Below, in pieces: positions 39,955 through 54,498 of a stretch of DNA of 64,000 bases. The position numbers were made by a program, and so were the translations under genes. Under the pieces are notes generated by a model. It saw nothing but the letters and a program-made list of their open reading frames with translations. It was not told where the DNA came from and did no database searches. Numbering within the stretch: position 1 is the first letter of the stretch; each line of letters begins with the position of its first letter. This DNA is from Octopus sinensis (taxonomy: Eukaryota): assembly GCF_006345805.1 (NCBI RefSeq), contig NC_043011.1, forward strand, positions 50,542,464-50,606,463, given 5' to 3'.

Positions 39955-40410
39955 TCATAAAACTGAAGTGAATAGTATGCGGCAGGAAGCCCCTTCAAAA
40001 TTACAAATGCATGTATATGTGTGCTTATATATACACGAGAAAAATCCCTCCCCCCGCGTCCAATGGATGGTGCTGAGTTGTGAAACATTTAAACCAAATT
40101 TACTCAAAACAACTTGTCCGACCGTCCCATAGGCATCCCCTTTGAGAAACACTGATTTAACCTAAATTTGAGACACCAGCAAAAGAAGAAATAAAGATAG
40201 ACTTTTTTCCTGTTCCAAAGAAAAACGATTTTATTCACTTTATCGATCGCATTCTCACCTGGAATCGAGTTTTGTAATTTTTTCAAGACTGACACACGCC
40301 CTGATACCGTCGATATGTACATATCAAATTTGAGCGCAATCGGATGGAGGATGCCCGAGATCTTAGAAGACACACACACAGACATACAGAACGGATTTTA
40401 TATAATAGAT
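39955..40410 (+). mobile_element. Non-autonomous Helitron/Helentron-like element
   Basis: 3' end aaatttgagcgcaatcgg...cacacagacatacagaacggattttatataatagat resembles DINE-1/HINE ends. Confidence 0.45.
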
Positions 40411-40599
40411 AAGTATTCCTTATTCTTTTGTTTATTTATGCTGTCTCCGTCAATAGATTGCGGTCATGCAAAAGCGCTGCCGTTTCCAGATTTATATTTA
40501 TTTATTTATTTAATTATTCGTTTATTTATTTATTACAACTTCTCAATTTTGTAGAAGCTTTGTAGCTGGAAGTTACTCTATACTTAAGTTAGAAGCAGC

Positions 40600-40900
40600 T
40601 GACCTTCCTTTAATGTAAACTTGTATATTTTTTGCTGGGCTGGAATTTTGGCGAGTAGTCCATCCAATGTTTTCTTAAATATTTCGATAGAATTCCCTTT
40701 TACGTGTCTGATTTGCTTAGGTGATCAGTTAAACACTTGAGAGCCTTGAAATATTAGATTGTTGTATTAAAATGCTTTTGTTTGTGATATTTGAGACAGT
40801 ATATGTGAAAGCTGGCAGTATCTACCAGTTTTTGCATTAAAGTTTTCTTTCATGCCGAAGTTTGGAATATGACCTTCTAAGATCTCGTATACATAAAAAA
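40600..40900 (-). mobile_element. CR1-like LINE C-terminal remnant
   Basis: Minus QGSQVFN*SPKQIRHVKGNSIEIFKKTLDGLLAKIP. Confidence 0.55.
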
Positions 40901-41925
40901 GACAACATATCTCTCTCTACGACTATCAAAGGAATAGCAACGTAAAGTTCGAGTCGTTTCCAATAATCAAGTCTTTAGAGCGAAGTTATCTCACGAGTGA
41001 ACGTTTTCTGTAAACTTTGAACTGATTCAATGTGAGCGGGCGTGTTTGGAGACAAAAGCTATGAAAAATAATCTAGTCGACTTAAAATTAAAGTTTTCTC
41101 TTCTACTTGAACATTCCCATCTTCTCCTCCCACCTTCCTTACACAATAGCCATTCCTCCAGTCTCTACTCGTTATAACCAGAAATGGCTCTGATGAAAGT
41201 AGCATTAATTTTCTTAGGTAGTTCAATTTGCCTCAATTGATCAATAGACCAACTGAGTAAACCTATCAGTAACGTATCTATAATAGCTACTGGAAACAGC
41301 TGTAAGCCAAATTTACTGCAATAGAGGAATATGTAATGACCACTATTTTTAACTTGTTTCTTATCTAACACTCTGTCTAAAAACCAGTTTGTCTGAGCCC
41401 ATCCACGGATTTACAATATAGAATTGTGATGAACCATAACCTTGGAGCCTACCAGAAAATTACCTGGAGTTCTTCACTAATCTAAGAAATATTGTCAACC
41501 TTATGTGCCAACAGAGAGCTTATGAAGTATTTTGCCCGGATTAATAATCCCTCGCTGTTTGTTCTGTTTTAAAACTAAAGTATGTATACATTTTATATAT
41601 GTATATACTTGTGTATGTGAGCGTGTATGCACGTGCGTGTGTGCACGTGCGTACGTGTGTGTATATGTATTCATCATACATCTTTGTATATGCGTATATA
41701 TATATATATCTTTTGTACATTAGTTACAAGGCTAGAAATTTTAGAGCATGGTGGCTAGCCGATTGGATCGACACCACCAGTACTCAAGTGATATTTATTT
41801 TATCAATCCGGAAAGAATGAAATACAAAGTCGACCTCAGCGAAATTTTCAGTCAGAACGTATATATGGACAAAACGCCGCTGAGCATTTTATCCGGTGTG
41901 CCAGGATTCTACCAGCTCACCACCT

Positions 41926-41990
<65 letters not shown>

Positions 41991-42441
41991 TACAATTTAT
42001 AAGAGTGGATTCATATACGCTAGAGATAGACGTCAAACCGCCTTACCACAAAGAGTGTGTTCTCAAGAAAAAAACTCAGCAAACGCCAGAATGTAAAAAA
42101 ATAAGCAAGGCAAATGAAAATTTACTAAATAAAACGATTACCTACGTATCATGATTTTATTATTAATACTTTCAAAATACAAAATGCAAGTATCTGTAAA
42201 TCCTCAGCGTAGCCTGTCGTATTTCAAAACATATTTCAAAGAACTATTCACAGAAACGCTTTCCCGAAAGAAAACTCATGTACAGTTCTACAAAATATAT
42301 CTCTAGCGTATAGGAAACCACTTTAGTGGTCATTCCTCTTATTAATTGTAATATAATTTTAAATCTTCGGATTTTTTTAATATGCTAGACCACTGGTTTA
42401 AATCGATGTTAATTGATTGATATCTCTTTCTACCCTCATTA

Positions 42442-42497
<56 letters not shown>

Positions 42498-42699
42498 CAT
42501 ATATATATAAATAGGGATATAATCATAAAAATGATATCAGTGGGCCTAGCGCATAAAAATGACCGTATAAGTAATATTAATTCTTTTACATATATAATAA
42601 TAAAAGTATAATTATATTAATAGTTAAGGGCTACTGGAAATAACCAGCACCTGCGCTAGAAGTAGATGTCAAATACCTACAATCCATTCTAAAATTTGC

Positions 42700-43635
42700 T
42701 CTCTATATTCAACTACAGGTACGAACGCGAGGGAATCAGCAAAAAAATATACAAAATTGTGGATAATTCTATACCTCGAATTTATTCAGCGCAAGTTCAA
42801 CAGATCATCGATTACAATCCCAGAAAGTGCATGAAGTCAATTGCAATAGATATATCTATGTGTCAGAAGGAACAGTCAGAAATGTTGCCCACGAAGACAT
42901 CAGATATAAGTCTTATATGATGAGAATTGGTCAATTTGTCACAAAAAGCAAAAGAAAATCACTATATCAGATGTAAAAGGCTCTTGAGCAAAATTGAAAC
43001 ATCTAGAGGAAGAAAATTTGATCAGTTTTTTTTTTTCTAAAACGAGAAAAACGTCGACGAAGATCAAAAGGTTAACAGAAGAAATTATAGATGGTTATGT
43101 CAGACCCTTCTGAAGTTCCAAGTGTTATGCATACAAACCTTCCTGCAACTGTCATGGTTTTAAGGGTTGCCAGCAATGAAGGACATGTAACGCCTCCTTA
43201 CTTCTTTCCACAAGGCCTTAGAGTTAACTATGCCGCCCACATTGAGGTCCTGGAAATAATTGTTAAGACAGTGGAAGGCCATATTTGTTTCAGAAAGACT
43301 CTGCGCTATTACACATGGCTCTAGTAACACAAGAATGGATGGCTGAAAATAACCCCTAACATTTGTCCTCCTAATTGCCTAGATCTCAATCCATTGGACT
43401 ATTACATGTGGAGCGTTGTTGAGTGAGATGTCAATAAACACGCCCGTAACGCCATAGATTTTTTGAAAGCTGCCATAGTCCTAGTAATGTCCAAAATGAA
43501 CCAGGTCCACTTGATTCGAGCATGTAGATGATTTAGATCTCATATAGAAGCAGTTGTTGAAGCTGAAAGTGGCTTTATTGAATAACATTATAGAAAAGAA
43601 GGTTTATTTTTATCCTCATAGCATTTTTTGATAAA
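42700..43635 (+). mobile_element. Second maT/DD37D-like transposon remnant
   Basis: Colinear with 34550-35790; VMHTNLPATVMVLRVASNEGHVTPPYFFPQGLRVN. Confidence 0.85.
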
Positions 43636-43766
43636 GTTATTATTATATATACACATATGTATGCATATGTGTGTTTAATAACGAAATAAAAGCACCGTAT
43701 ATACATATATGCAAGCATAAATAAATATATATATATTTGGTGTGTATATACTAATATGTATATATA

Positions 43767-43815
<49 letters not shown>

Positions 43816-43849
43816 GATGTATGTTGTATATGTGTATATATATATATAG

Positions 43850-43909
<60 letters not shown>

Positions 43910-43951
43910 TATATATGTTATATATATGTATATATGTGTATAATATATATA

Positions 43952-44015
<64 letters not shown>

Positions 44016-44232
44016 AGTTCTAGCAAATTACAAGCGTTTGTCAGCCTTAAATTTTCATATCGATAATCCATTTAAATACACAGTTTGGATTAAATGGCGT
44101 AACTGAGAATTGGTGGAGTTTAGTCATGCGCAAATGAAGGCACTTTTCTGGTTCCCTAAATGCCTCTGATCTGCAAACGGAACATTAATTTCTCGCTGTA
44201 GAAAATAAAGATTCACATTATTATTACTATTA

Positions 44233-44267
<35 letters not shown>

Positions 44268-44346
44268 GAGTGAGAGAGCAGTTCATGCCATCAAAGTGAC
44301 ACTGGGGTAAAATATACGAAGCCCAATATACCCATCATGACTACCC

Positions 44347-44379
<33 letters not shown>

Positions 44380-44399
44380 AGTATTCTGTATAGCATTTG

Positions 44400-44516
44400 A
44401 CGCTACAGAAGACGATTGCATGACGACGACAACGACGTTGATGGTGATAATTGTGATGACGACAACAATAGTGATGAGAATGATAATGATGATGATGATG
44501 ATAATGATGACGCTAC

Positions 44517-44557
<41 letters not shown>

Positions 44558-44864
44558 ATGACTATGGTGATTATTGACGATGTTATGTTGTAATCATTAC
44601 TGTTGTTCTTTTTCTTATTGTTAACGATGGTTTTTCGATGATGACAACGACGACGACGACGATGATGACGATTACGGCGACGACGAAAACGACGATAATA
44701 ATAGACGTTGTCGTATCGTAATTATTACGGTCACTGTTTTTTTTATTATGGTTGTTGACAATGATTTTGATGATGATGATCATCATCATCATCATCTTGA
44801 TGATGATCATGATCGTGATGGTAGTGGTGGCAGTGGTGGTGACAACGACTATGGTGACGACGAC

Positions 44865-44904
<40 letters not shown>

Positions 44905-45100
44905 TTGATGATGGTGATGGTGATGGTGATGGTGATGATGATGATGATGATGATGTTGATGATGGTGATGGTGATGGTGATGATGATGATGATGATGATG
45001 TTGATGATGGTGATGGTGATGGTGATGATGATGATGATGATGATGACGAGGACGTCAACGACATCTACGGCGACAATAATGATGATGATGATGATGGTGG

Positions 45101-45141
<41 letters not shown>

Positions 45142-45420
45142 TTGATGATGGTGATGGTGATGGTGATGATGGTGATGGTGATGATGGTGATGAAGAGGGG
45201 GAGGAGGAGGAGGCGGACGACGACGACGAGGAAGAGGAAGAGAAAAAGGAGGAGGAGAATAATGAGGAGGAGGAAAATGAGGAGGAGGAAGTGGAGGAAG
45301 AAGAAGTAGGAGAAAGAAGGAAGAAGAAGGAGGAGGAAGAAGGAGGAAGAAGAGGAGGAAGAAGGAGAAGGAGAAGGAATAGGAGGAGGACGATAAGGAA
45401 GGTGAAATGAAAGAGAAGGC
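44400..45420. repeat. Compound trinucleotide array (GAT/GGT/GAC/GAG/GAA)
   Basis: Direct reading; open in several frames on both strands. Confidence 0.9.
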
Positions 45421-47104
45421 GGAAACAACAGATAATGAGCAAGCCTATAGTTACGACCAGCCTATCTATAACCATAATTACGGGCAGCGATGATAAAGAG
45501 GTCCGGAATAATGTTATCGTTCACCGTTATGATTTTAAAAAAAAGGTTTATTTAGTGCTAAAGATTAGCAACTGTGTAATTATGCAAGATTTTAATGAAC
45601 TTCTATGTTTGAAATATTTAAGGTTTAACTATGCAGTTGCAATTTAAATCTCCATTAAAATTTTATTTCAGTGTTATACGCATAAATAAAACATGCAAAT
45701 TCATTTTCATTCAACAGTTTATCATTTCCTTTTTAATATTTGTAGTCTCAAACTGAATGGAATTACTTAATCAGAAATAAAATTTCGGCCCCGTAATTAG
45801 TGTGAATTGCAAATGTATCCGATTAATTATAATGGATACATGTTGAACGGCATGTTAATTATTCCCGGCACCATATTCGTTAAGTGGGGCCTGATTTTTA
45901 AGATACATACTGAATAATTGTTCATTACTGTCATACAAGATTATACTTCCGTTCAAATTCCGCCGAGGTCGAATTTACTTTTTATCTTTTGGGGTCGATG
46001 AAATAAGAACCCGTCAAATACTGCAGCCGATGTTAATCGACTAGCCCCTTTACCCAAAATTTCAGATTTATTTCTATGGTTTTTATTGGGGTTTCTTTCC
46101 TTCTCGAGCCACGCCTGGCTCATAAGGGCCGGTTTCCCGGTTTCCTTGACGTATAGGTTCCCCACCAAAGGGTTCCAGTCAAGTAATGCAGTCGATATAT
46201 TCGTCTTACCCTCTTCCCTCCAAAGGAATGGCCATGCGATTAAATGACCGAGACTTATTGTAAATACAACAATCAAAGACGACGGAATTGTTAGAGCGTC
46301 AGGAAAAAAACTTGGCAGAATCGTTAACACGCTGGGCAAAATGCTTAGCAACATTTCCACCTTCTTTACGTCCTGAGATCAAATTCTGCCGAGATCGACT
46401 TTTGCCTTTCATCTCTTTGTCCGAGCACTGAGTACCATTCGACGGGAAAATGTCGACCTCGCTTGCAAAAAACCTTAGATCTGGTTTTGCAACCACTAAG
46501 CAAATTTCGTTTCTGCACTTAGACCATATGTATAATTTCCTTCACGCACATATACCTTGTGTCTGAATTCCCGGCATTCATCGTTATTATGTCTAATGTC
46601 TCTTTAATAACAAACTTTCTACACCCACTGTACAGACGTTCCTTAGACTTTTTGACATCAACTTTCCTGGAACTGAAAACCTTCCATCAAGATTTCTTCG
46701 AGGTTTATAATTAAAACACCGGCTTAATGAGGAGAAAATTATTGGAATAAATTCTTCATTATTTTCGAAATTAATTAAAACAACGGCAGTGCATTTCAGC
46801 AGAAATATGGTAGCAAAAGGGCTAAGCTGTTTATAACATAGAACCAGGGCTGGTCTCAAGAGGGTTGTTGGTATCAAAAGCGCTGAAGTTATTTTAATTA
46901 AAGCCATCCATCAAAATTTCGTGTTAATTTATGTCCCAAATTCTAACAATTAAGTTAGTATTTGGCACATAAATGAACATAAAACGATAAACTTATTTTT
47001 CTAAATTCTTCATTATTCCTAAAATTAATTACGTAAGTCAAAGGCAATGAATTTCAACATAAATATTTCAAAAGGGTTAATAGGGTGATTTTTAATATTT
47101 CCAG

Positions 47105-47204
47105 NNNNNNNNNNNNNNNNNNNNNNNNNNNNNNNNNNNNNNNNNNNNNNNNNNNNNNNNNNNNNNNNNNNNNNNNNNNNNNNNNNNNNNNNNNNNNNNN
47201 NNNN
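47105..47204. other. Assembly gap (100 N)
   Basis: Direct reading. Confidence 1.
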
Positions 47205-47245
47205 GCACAAGCACTCACCTACATACACACACACACGCGCTCACA

Positions 47246-47296
<51 letters not shown>

Positions 47297-47494
47297 AACG
47301 CACGCACATCCACGCATGCGTTTACCCTTATACACATTCAAACACACGCACGTACACGCGCACATGTGCATACTTGTAAACACGTGTACGTGCACACGCA
47401 AGCATATGCGCGTGATTTGTTTCCGTGTGAGTGCACCTTACATGTGTGTGTGTATGCGTGTATATATATATATATGTGTGTGTGGGTGTGTGCT

Positions 47495-47542
<48 letters not shown>

Positions 47543-47831
47543 GATGTAGAAGAGAAAAAAAATGGACACATATATACATAATACATATGTGCACATATAT
47601 ATATACATAGACATATACATACATATATACACATACACACACACACATATATATATCTATATATATATATATATTATAGATATATAATATATATATATCA
47701 TATATATATATGTATGGTATATATATGTGCATATAGGATATACACACACATTCATATATACATATATATATATACACACACACATATATACGTACATATA
47801 ATCATAGATGTGTGTGTGTGTGTGTGAGTGT

Positions 47832-47901
<70 letters not shown>

Positions 47902-48148
47902 ATACAGTTGCCACTGAAAGTTTGAAGCCATTGAGTAGGTTGATTTTTGTTTTATTTTGTCTCATTTTTGGGGAGTTTTTTTGCTTTGTTTCTTTGTTTT
48001 TGTTTTTTTGTTTTAATTTTGTATATATTTTGTATATACACTTGTATAATTTTATGGTTTATGAAGCGAATGGACGAACTAAACCCGTGTTATTTAATTC
48101 TGCATTAAATTGCCTACTAAAAAAATCATTATCTTCAGTAACATGTTG

Positions 48149-48207
<59 letters not shown>

Positions 48208-48559
48208 TCCACCTCTTTTTCTTTCCACTTATTTCTCTCTCTTTCTCTCTTTCTTTTTCCATATCTCCACGTCTATCTCTATATCTATCCATCAATCTAC
48301 CTGTCTATTTCTCTTATATCAATGAGTTTTAATTTTCTATTTGAACGTAGACTTCAAGACGCCATATATATCTATATCTATATATATACATACACTTTGA
48401 AAGTATCATCATCATCATCATAATCATCGTCGTCATTATCATCATCATCCTCATCATCATCATCGTCGTCATCTTGATCATTATCATCGTTATTCTTCAC
48501 ACAAACAACTGTTTGCTATTGAGTAAAATATACACAAAAGTTTATATCCAATGTCTTTC

Positions 48560-49280
48560 TTGTACCGTTCTTCTCTTTCAATAACTTTATGATACTTGTG
48601 AGACACGAACGCAGTCAGACGCTGGTTATGAGAACGAGGAATTCTTTCTTTGAACAAATTACACAGACATTTGGACCTTCGGCCGTTCATGAGTCCTGAT
48701 GCCATGATGATTCCATAGATACGCGTCTCTATAAGCACATGCACAAATGTGCAGGGTGAAAGGTAATGTACAGTAAAAAATATATAAAAATATATAAAGC
48801 AATAAAATATATAAAAATATATATAAAAATATGTACAAATATAAAAATATATATGTAAGAAATGAAATGGTTGTACGTGGATACAATCTAAAAAGCAGGT
48901 TCTGTCTGTGGTCTCGAGGGGACCAAAAACGTAACAAATATTTAGCCATATGTGGACATGAACCAAAAAGTTCAGTTCTTGAATTTAGGCATGTAGCAAG
49001 GTCTTAGCTGCTTTTCTAGATGAGCCATCTTTCCATATCACCAAGACCGCACTCTGCACTGCCGTTGGTGTAAGGCTTACACTTGGCTAAGATCTTCCAA
49101 TGGATGTTATAGTTGACACCTTTTTCTTTTAAGGACCATATATAACTGGATAATTTGGCTGTTTTTCTTTTTTCCCAGTGTCTGAAGCTCAAGGTGTGAT
49201 TGTTGAACCTGGCGTTGAAATTTCCCTCTGTGCGACCCACGCATTTCTTTGACGAAACTAAGTCCTTATTGGTTGTCATC
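48560..49280 (-). mobile_element. Penelope-like element: GIY-YIG endonuclease C-terminus and 3' region
   Basis: CVGRTEGNFNARFNNHTLSFRH...LSSYIWSLKEKGVNYNIHWKILAKCKPY...LNSRTELFGSCPH. Confidence 0.9.
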
Positions 49281-49839
49281 GATAGTCGGAGACCGTTCTA
49301 CATGTGCACAATCTAGTTATGGAGTTTTCATTCGTGAGAATGAACGCGAGAATGTCGTATTTACAAAAAAAAAAAGAAAACAGAATATCGAAAGTCTGAA
49401 ATACAGAAAACTCGTGATACCAAATTCCATAATATTCGTTTCAAATTTTGGCTCAAGGCCAGCAATTTCGGTGGAATGGTGTAAGTCGATTACGTCAACC
49501 CCCAGTGTTCAACTGGTACTTGTTTTATTGACCCCCGAAAGGATGAAAGGCAAAATCGACCTCGGCAGAATTTGAACTTAGAAAGTAGGGGCAGGCGAAA
49601 TATCACTAAGCATTTTGTCCGGAGTGCACATGCATATTATATATAATTATATAACAACCAACATACGAAACTCTCGGACCTTGAGTCACTCTGTCGTTTC
49701 TGCTAAATATTGATAAAAATATACTCAGACCAACCAGGGGAAACAACATCTTGTACCTCTGCTTCACAAATAATATGAACCTTATCCATAATGTGAAGGC
49801 GACAGCAACAGCACTCTCAGACAACAACATTGTTGAACT

Positions 49840-51038
49840 ATGTATGGTCCTAAGCGAACTGCTGTTATCTACCCTATCAGGAGGACTCAGGCCTTATCCA
49901 ACCTGAATTTCAATAAAGCAAAATGGGAATCTATCCGCAAAGAGATCCACAAACGAAACTAGTCTCACATTCTATGTATGCAAGACATTGACTTGAAACT
50001 CAACCCGTTTAAGAAAGAAAGGCCATCATTCGGACAAAGAAGATTCCCAGGGACAGAAAAATTCTTATGAAACGCAGGTCAAAGGTCTCAAAGCGGCTGA
50101 ATAGACAACTGAAGGTTAGGGAGAAGTCTACCTTAATACGGGCACTCTTAGAAATCAAGAACAAAGATCAAACACTCTCACGAAAGGGAAAAAGCAGAGA
50201 GAGAGAGAACAGAGCTGTGGAGAGCATCAAAACAAATCCAAAGCTTTCTATGAATTCGCAAAACGAAACAGCCACATACAATATAAAATAGGACCATTGT
50301 TCCAAGGGAATGACTCACTGACCGCGGACCCAGAAAGGATAAGTGAGGTATTCAGTAAACAATTTAAAAGTGTCTTCCCTTCCTCGCTTGGTCACATACA
50401 GATAAAAAAAAACCGGCTAAACTCTTTAATATTGCGGCTCTAAAAAGGAGGCGCCAACCATCGATTACATCAACATCGAGGAGACAGATGAAATGAGCTC
50501 AAACTCAACTGGTCCTGATGGTCAACTAGTACTCAAGCTCAACTAGTTCTGATGGCTTTCCAGCTATTCTCCTGAAGTCATGCAAGCAGGCTTTAGCGAA
50601 ACCACTTCAGATACCTTTCCAAAGTTTCCTTGCAAGTGGTAAACTTCCTAAAAAGCTAAAAGAAAGCATTATATGTCCTATCCACAAAGGTGGAAGCAGA
50701 GCAGAGGCTAAAAACTACAGGCCAATTTCTCTGACTTCACATATCAGTAAAGTCATGGAGCGAATCATCAGAAAGAAATTGATTGTGTTCCTAGAAGAAA
50801 TGACCTACTGAACTAGACATCCTCCTCTCCACAATACCGGATGAACCAACGGCCCGATATGAGGTACAGACGAGGGCAGCGGAACCAAACTCCTTTATAC
50901 ATCAAATGGGCCGACAGCTGGGACAAAGGCACATACAGGAGTGGTGATATGAAACATCCCAGACTGAGGCAGTCAGAAAGACCGTGGTGGTGCCTCCAGC
51001 ATAACCGTAGCTGTATGGCTGAAACAAGTAAAAGAGTA
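49840..51038 (+). mobile_element. Internally deleted CR1-clade LINE
   Basis: IKTNPKAFYEFAK, GFPAILLKSCKQALAKPL, PIHKGGSRAEAKNYRPISLTSHISKVMER, then jumps to LDILLSTIPDEP...RAAEPNS and a tail ending aaagagta. Confidence 0.88.
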
Positions 51039-51658
51039 TATATATATGTATGTATATATGTATGTGCGTTTATATATAGATATACATGGTGGCTGCCCCC
51101 TCGTTATCGAGTATGGCCATTGCACGAAGCTTAATCAATGTTGTTATTGTGCAATGCCTGTGCAAGAAGATTTTTTTTAAGTGAGGAAAGGCTGTGCACT
51201 GAGTCAATCCCACTCACTAAGCAACAGCAGCTATAATCCGAAAAGAAGAACAAGTCAACATCATCGGTAACCACTGAGCCGCAGGTTTTATGTCGGAGTT
51301 ATCCCAGTTACCTGAGTTACCTTCTCCTAAAAGGATACCCTAACAAAGGCTAGGAGTCCTTCACTCCCAATGGTTTAACCGCGCGATCGGGTATTCAGTC
51401 CGATTATTTCTATGTCCCCGCGCATGATACAGCCTTAAGACATTTATTGGAGTTCCTCCGCCCTTTGACGGATTTTGTTTTTCATCCCGCAGGGTGTCCA
51501 ATAAGCACCCTCCTCACCAAGCAAGCTTGGTGGGGTTGCCGGTTTAGTCGCCGACGACCCGACCATGCAACAGGTTTTACTGGGTTACATGTTACCAGTA
51601 GCACTCGAAAGTGACCTGACATAATAGACATGCATACATACATACATACATACATACA

Positions 51659-51689
<31 letters not shown>

Positions 51690-52130
51690 GTAGTGACTTC
51701 ATTTAGGCATAGAGTAGTTTCGAACCTGAATCGGCAAATTTCCCATAATACTTCAACAGCACGGAAAAAAAACAATAGTCACAGCAGTTACATTTAACAC
51801 ATGGCTTTGCAAAGCCGATTTGTCTTTGCCACTTGACCCTTCTAACCTCTTCTATATCACCGAGAATGGAATTGAGATAACAGTGGAACCCCAAAGAATA
51901 TCTTTTGTTCTCTGCAATATACCAATTTTTCTAACTAGTTTTGCATGGTTATAAATACTAGAATTTGGTAAGACAAAGTTAGTTGGTGAACGGAGGCAAC
52001 TAGAGATAGCCACAGTCAGACAGCCACTCGAGACAAAGGACCACAAGGAGAAAGAAAACAATCAGCCATGATGAGACATACAACTTCCCACCACCCTCAC
52101 TTCCACTAGCTCACTTTCTTTTCTCTACAA

Positions 52131-52331
52131 CAGTGCTTTTCAAACTTTTTGCTGGAGCGGAACCCCAAGGAAACATTCCACTGGCTCGAGGAACCCCTGT
52201 GCAATGATTTAATAGTCTTATGCACACATATCTGCACAGGAGAATTAAAAATTACTGCCGATTTTAGCAGTTTTGTAACTTCTTGCGGAACCCCTGGACT
52301 GTACTGGCGGAACCCTGGTTGAAAACCACTG
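52131..52331. mobile_element. hAT (Charlie-type) MITE, 201 bp
   Basis: TIRs cagtgcttttcaaac / gttgaaaaccactg; perfect 8-bp TSD CTCTACAA (52123-52130, 52332-52339). Confidence 0.93.
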
Positions 52332-52546
52332 CTCTACAACATTACTTTATATCTATCTGTGGTTTTCCTACCACGCAATGACGAGAACACAAACACAAAC
52401 TATACAAGGAAGATCCACGATATCTCTCTTTACCTAGCATGCTTTACGAATTTACCGCACCAGCCCGTCGTGTTAGGCTATAACAATATGTTACGGTAAA
52501 TAAATGTTTGCTTACAACTTCGATCTCTGTTCTTCTTTCATCTTGA

Positions 52547-52655
52547 ATATCTGCAACATCAACACCTGTTACAGTCAGTAACTGCCGACACCAACAATTA
52601 TCATTACACATACAGTTACAAATGATGACCACTGACTCCACCTAACATATACCGT

Positions 52656-52719
<64 letters not shown>

Positions 52720-53128
52720 ATATATAAAAAGAGTAAAAAGTGAAAAAACTACAGAAGGCTTGTTTTAAAAGGTTAAAAAATATATATTTGAGTCATTATG
52801 TCAGAAGAATGTTATAAATTTTTTTCATACAATGACATAGTTTTTGAAGAAATGACCGGTTTCGCGTTCAGCTTTTCAAATTTCTTACATCGTTATGATT
52901 TCGTTGAGAAGTGTAAAGAAGAGTTCCAGGTAAGGGGAGGTAATAAGTGATTTCTTCCGGTGTAAGGGAGATAATCGCTTAATATTTCTTGCCTTTGGGG
53001 GGGGGGAGTTTCTCTGTATAAGAATGTTGGAGTGGTTAAGTTTGGGCTTATATTTGTAACAGTATGTGTAATGATAATTGTTGGTGTCGGCAGTTACCAA
53101 CTATAACAGGTGTTGATGTTGCAGATAT
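52547..53128 (-). mobile_element. Penelope-like fragment with about 77-bp inverted repeats and a degenerate hammerhead
   Basis: Arms 52547-52623 and 53052-53128 (4 mismatches); motif at 52849-52884. Confidence 0.6.
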
Positions 53129-53246
53129 ATTTTTCAGATGCCGGCCGGATAACTGAAGAGATGGCGGCGTGGATTTCCACCCCGGCACCCGAAACTCGGA
53201 GTTTTATCATGGCTACCGAATAATTGTCACATATTAAATTTACGCA

Positions 53247-53289
<43 letters not shown>

Positions 53290-54447
53290 CTTGTATATGT
53301 TAACATCGTATAGATTGTAAATATTATTAATGATTATATATGAATACGTACGTACATACATACATACATACATACATACATACATACATACATGCATGCA
53401 TGAATGCATGCATACATACATACATACATACATACATACATACATACATACATACATACATACATACACACATACATACACACATACATACATACATACA
53501 TACATACATACACACATACATACACACATACATACACACATACATACATACATACATACATACATACATACATACATACATACATACACACATACATACA
53601 TACATACATACACACATACATACATACATACATACATACATACATACATACATACATACATGAATGCATACATACATACATACATACATACATACATACA
53701 TACATTACACAACATACATACACAACATACATTACATACATACATACAATACATACACACATACATAACATACATACATACATACATACATAAATACATA
53801 CATACATACATACACACATAAATACACACATACATACATACATACATACATACATACATACATACATACATACATACATACATACATACATACATGCATA
53901 CATACACACACTGATATACATGTATACATCACCATCGTTTAGTTTGTTATTATTGTGTAATGAGCAGGCCTAACCAACAAGAAAACATTCAAACACTTAC
54001 AGTGAAACACTGTGTCAATAAACAAGTTGTTAATATAACACGGAAACATTGATTACTTGAAAATATATGTTGTTATCACAAAATAATCTTTCGAAAAATA
54101 AATGTAAAAATTAATATAATGGCATATGCGCATTATTAATGAAAACAGCGACTGTTTCGTGATTTATTTTATATATAAAATAACTGGCATTTCGTTGGTT
54201 GCGCCGTCGAGTGTTCCAGTTCGTGAAATTAAAATGCAAGTGGCTGAGCACTCTAGAAACACGTGTACCCTTAATGACACCTCGCGCCGCTACGAATCGA
54301 ACTCGCGACCTTACGACCTTGAGCCGAATACCCTAACCACCAAACCACGTGCCTGTCTCTCTCTCTCTTCCCCTCTCTCTCTCTTCCCCTCTCTCGCTCA
54401 CTCTTTCTTTCTCTCTCTCACTCACTCTTTCTTTCTCTCTCTCCCTC

Positions 54448-54498
<51 letters not shown>

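Noticed and set aside
41185-41570. Possible third paralog: similarity to 8045-8165 upstream of gene B plus ATGAAGTATTTT (MKYF) at 41522
   Set aside because: The shared block keeps an open minus-strand frame resembling a LINE RT C-terminus (TLLIxLxSWSIDQL...ATFxRA). The MKYF frame is not a signal peptide, stops after 16 codons, and I found no exon 2-5 homologues downstream.
44748-45410. 220-aa Asp/Glu/Arg-rich ORF resembling an acidic biomineral protein
   Set aside because: Trinucleotide array open in three or more frames, no signal peptide, no splice context, typical of simple repeats in this window.
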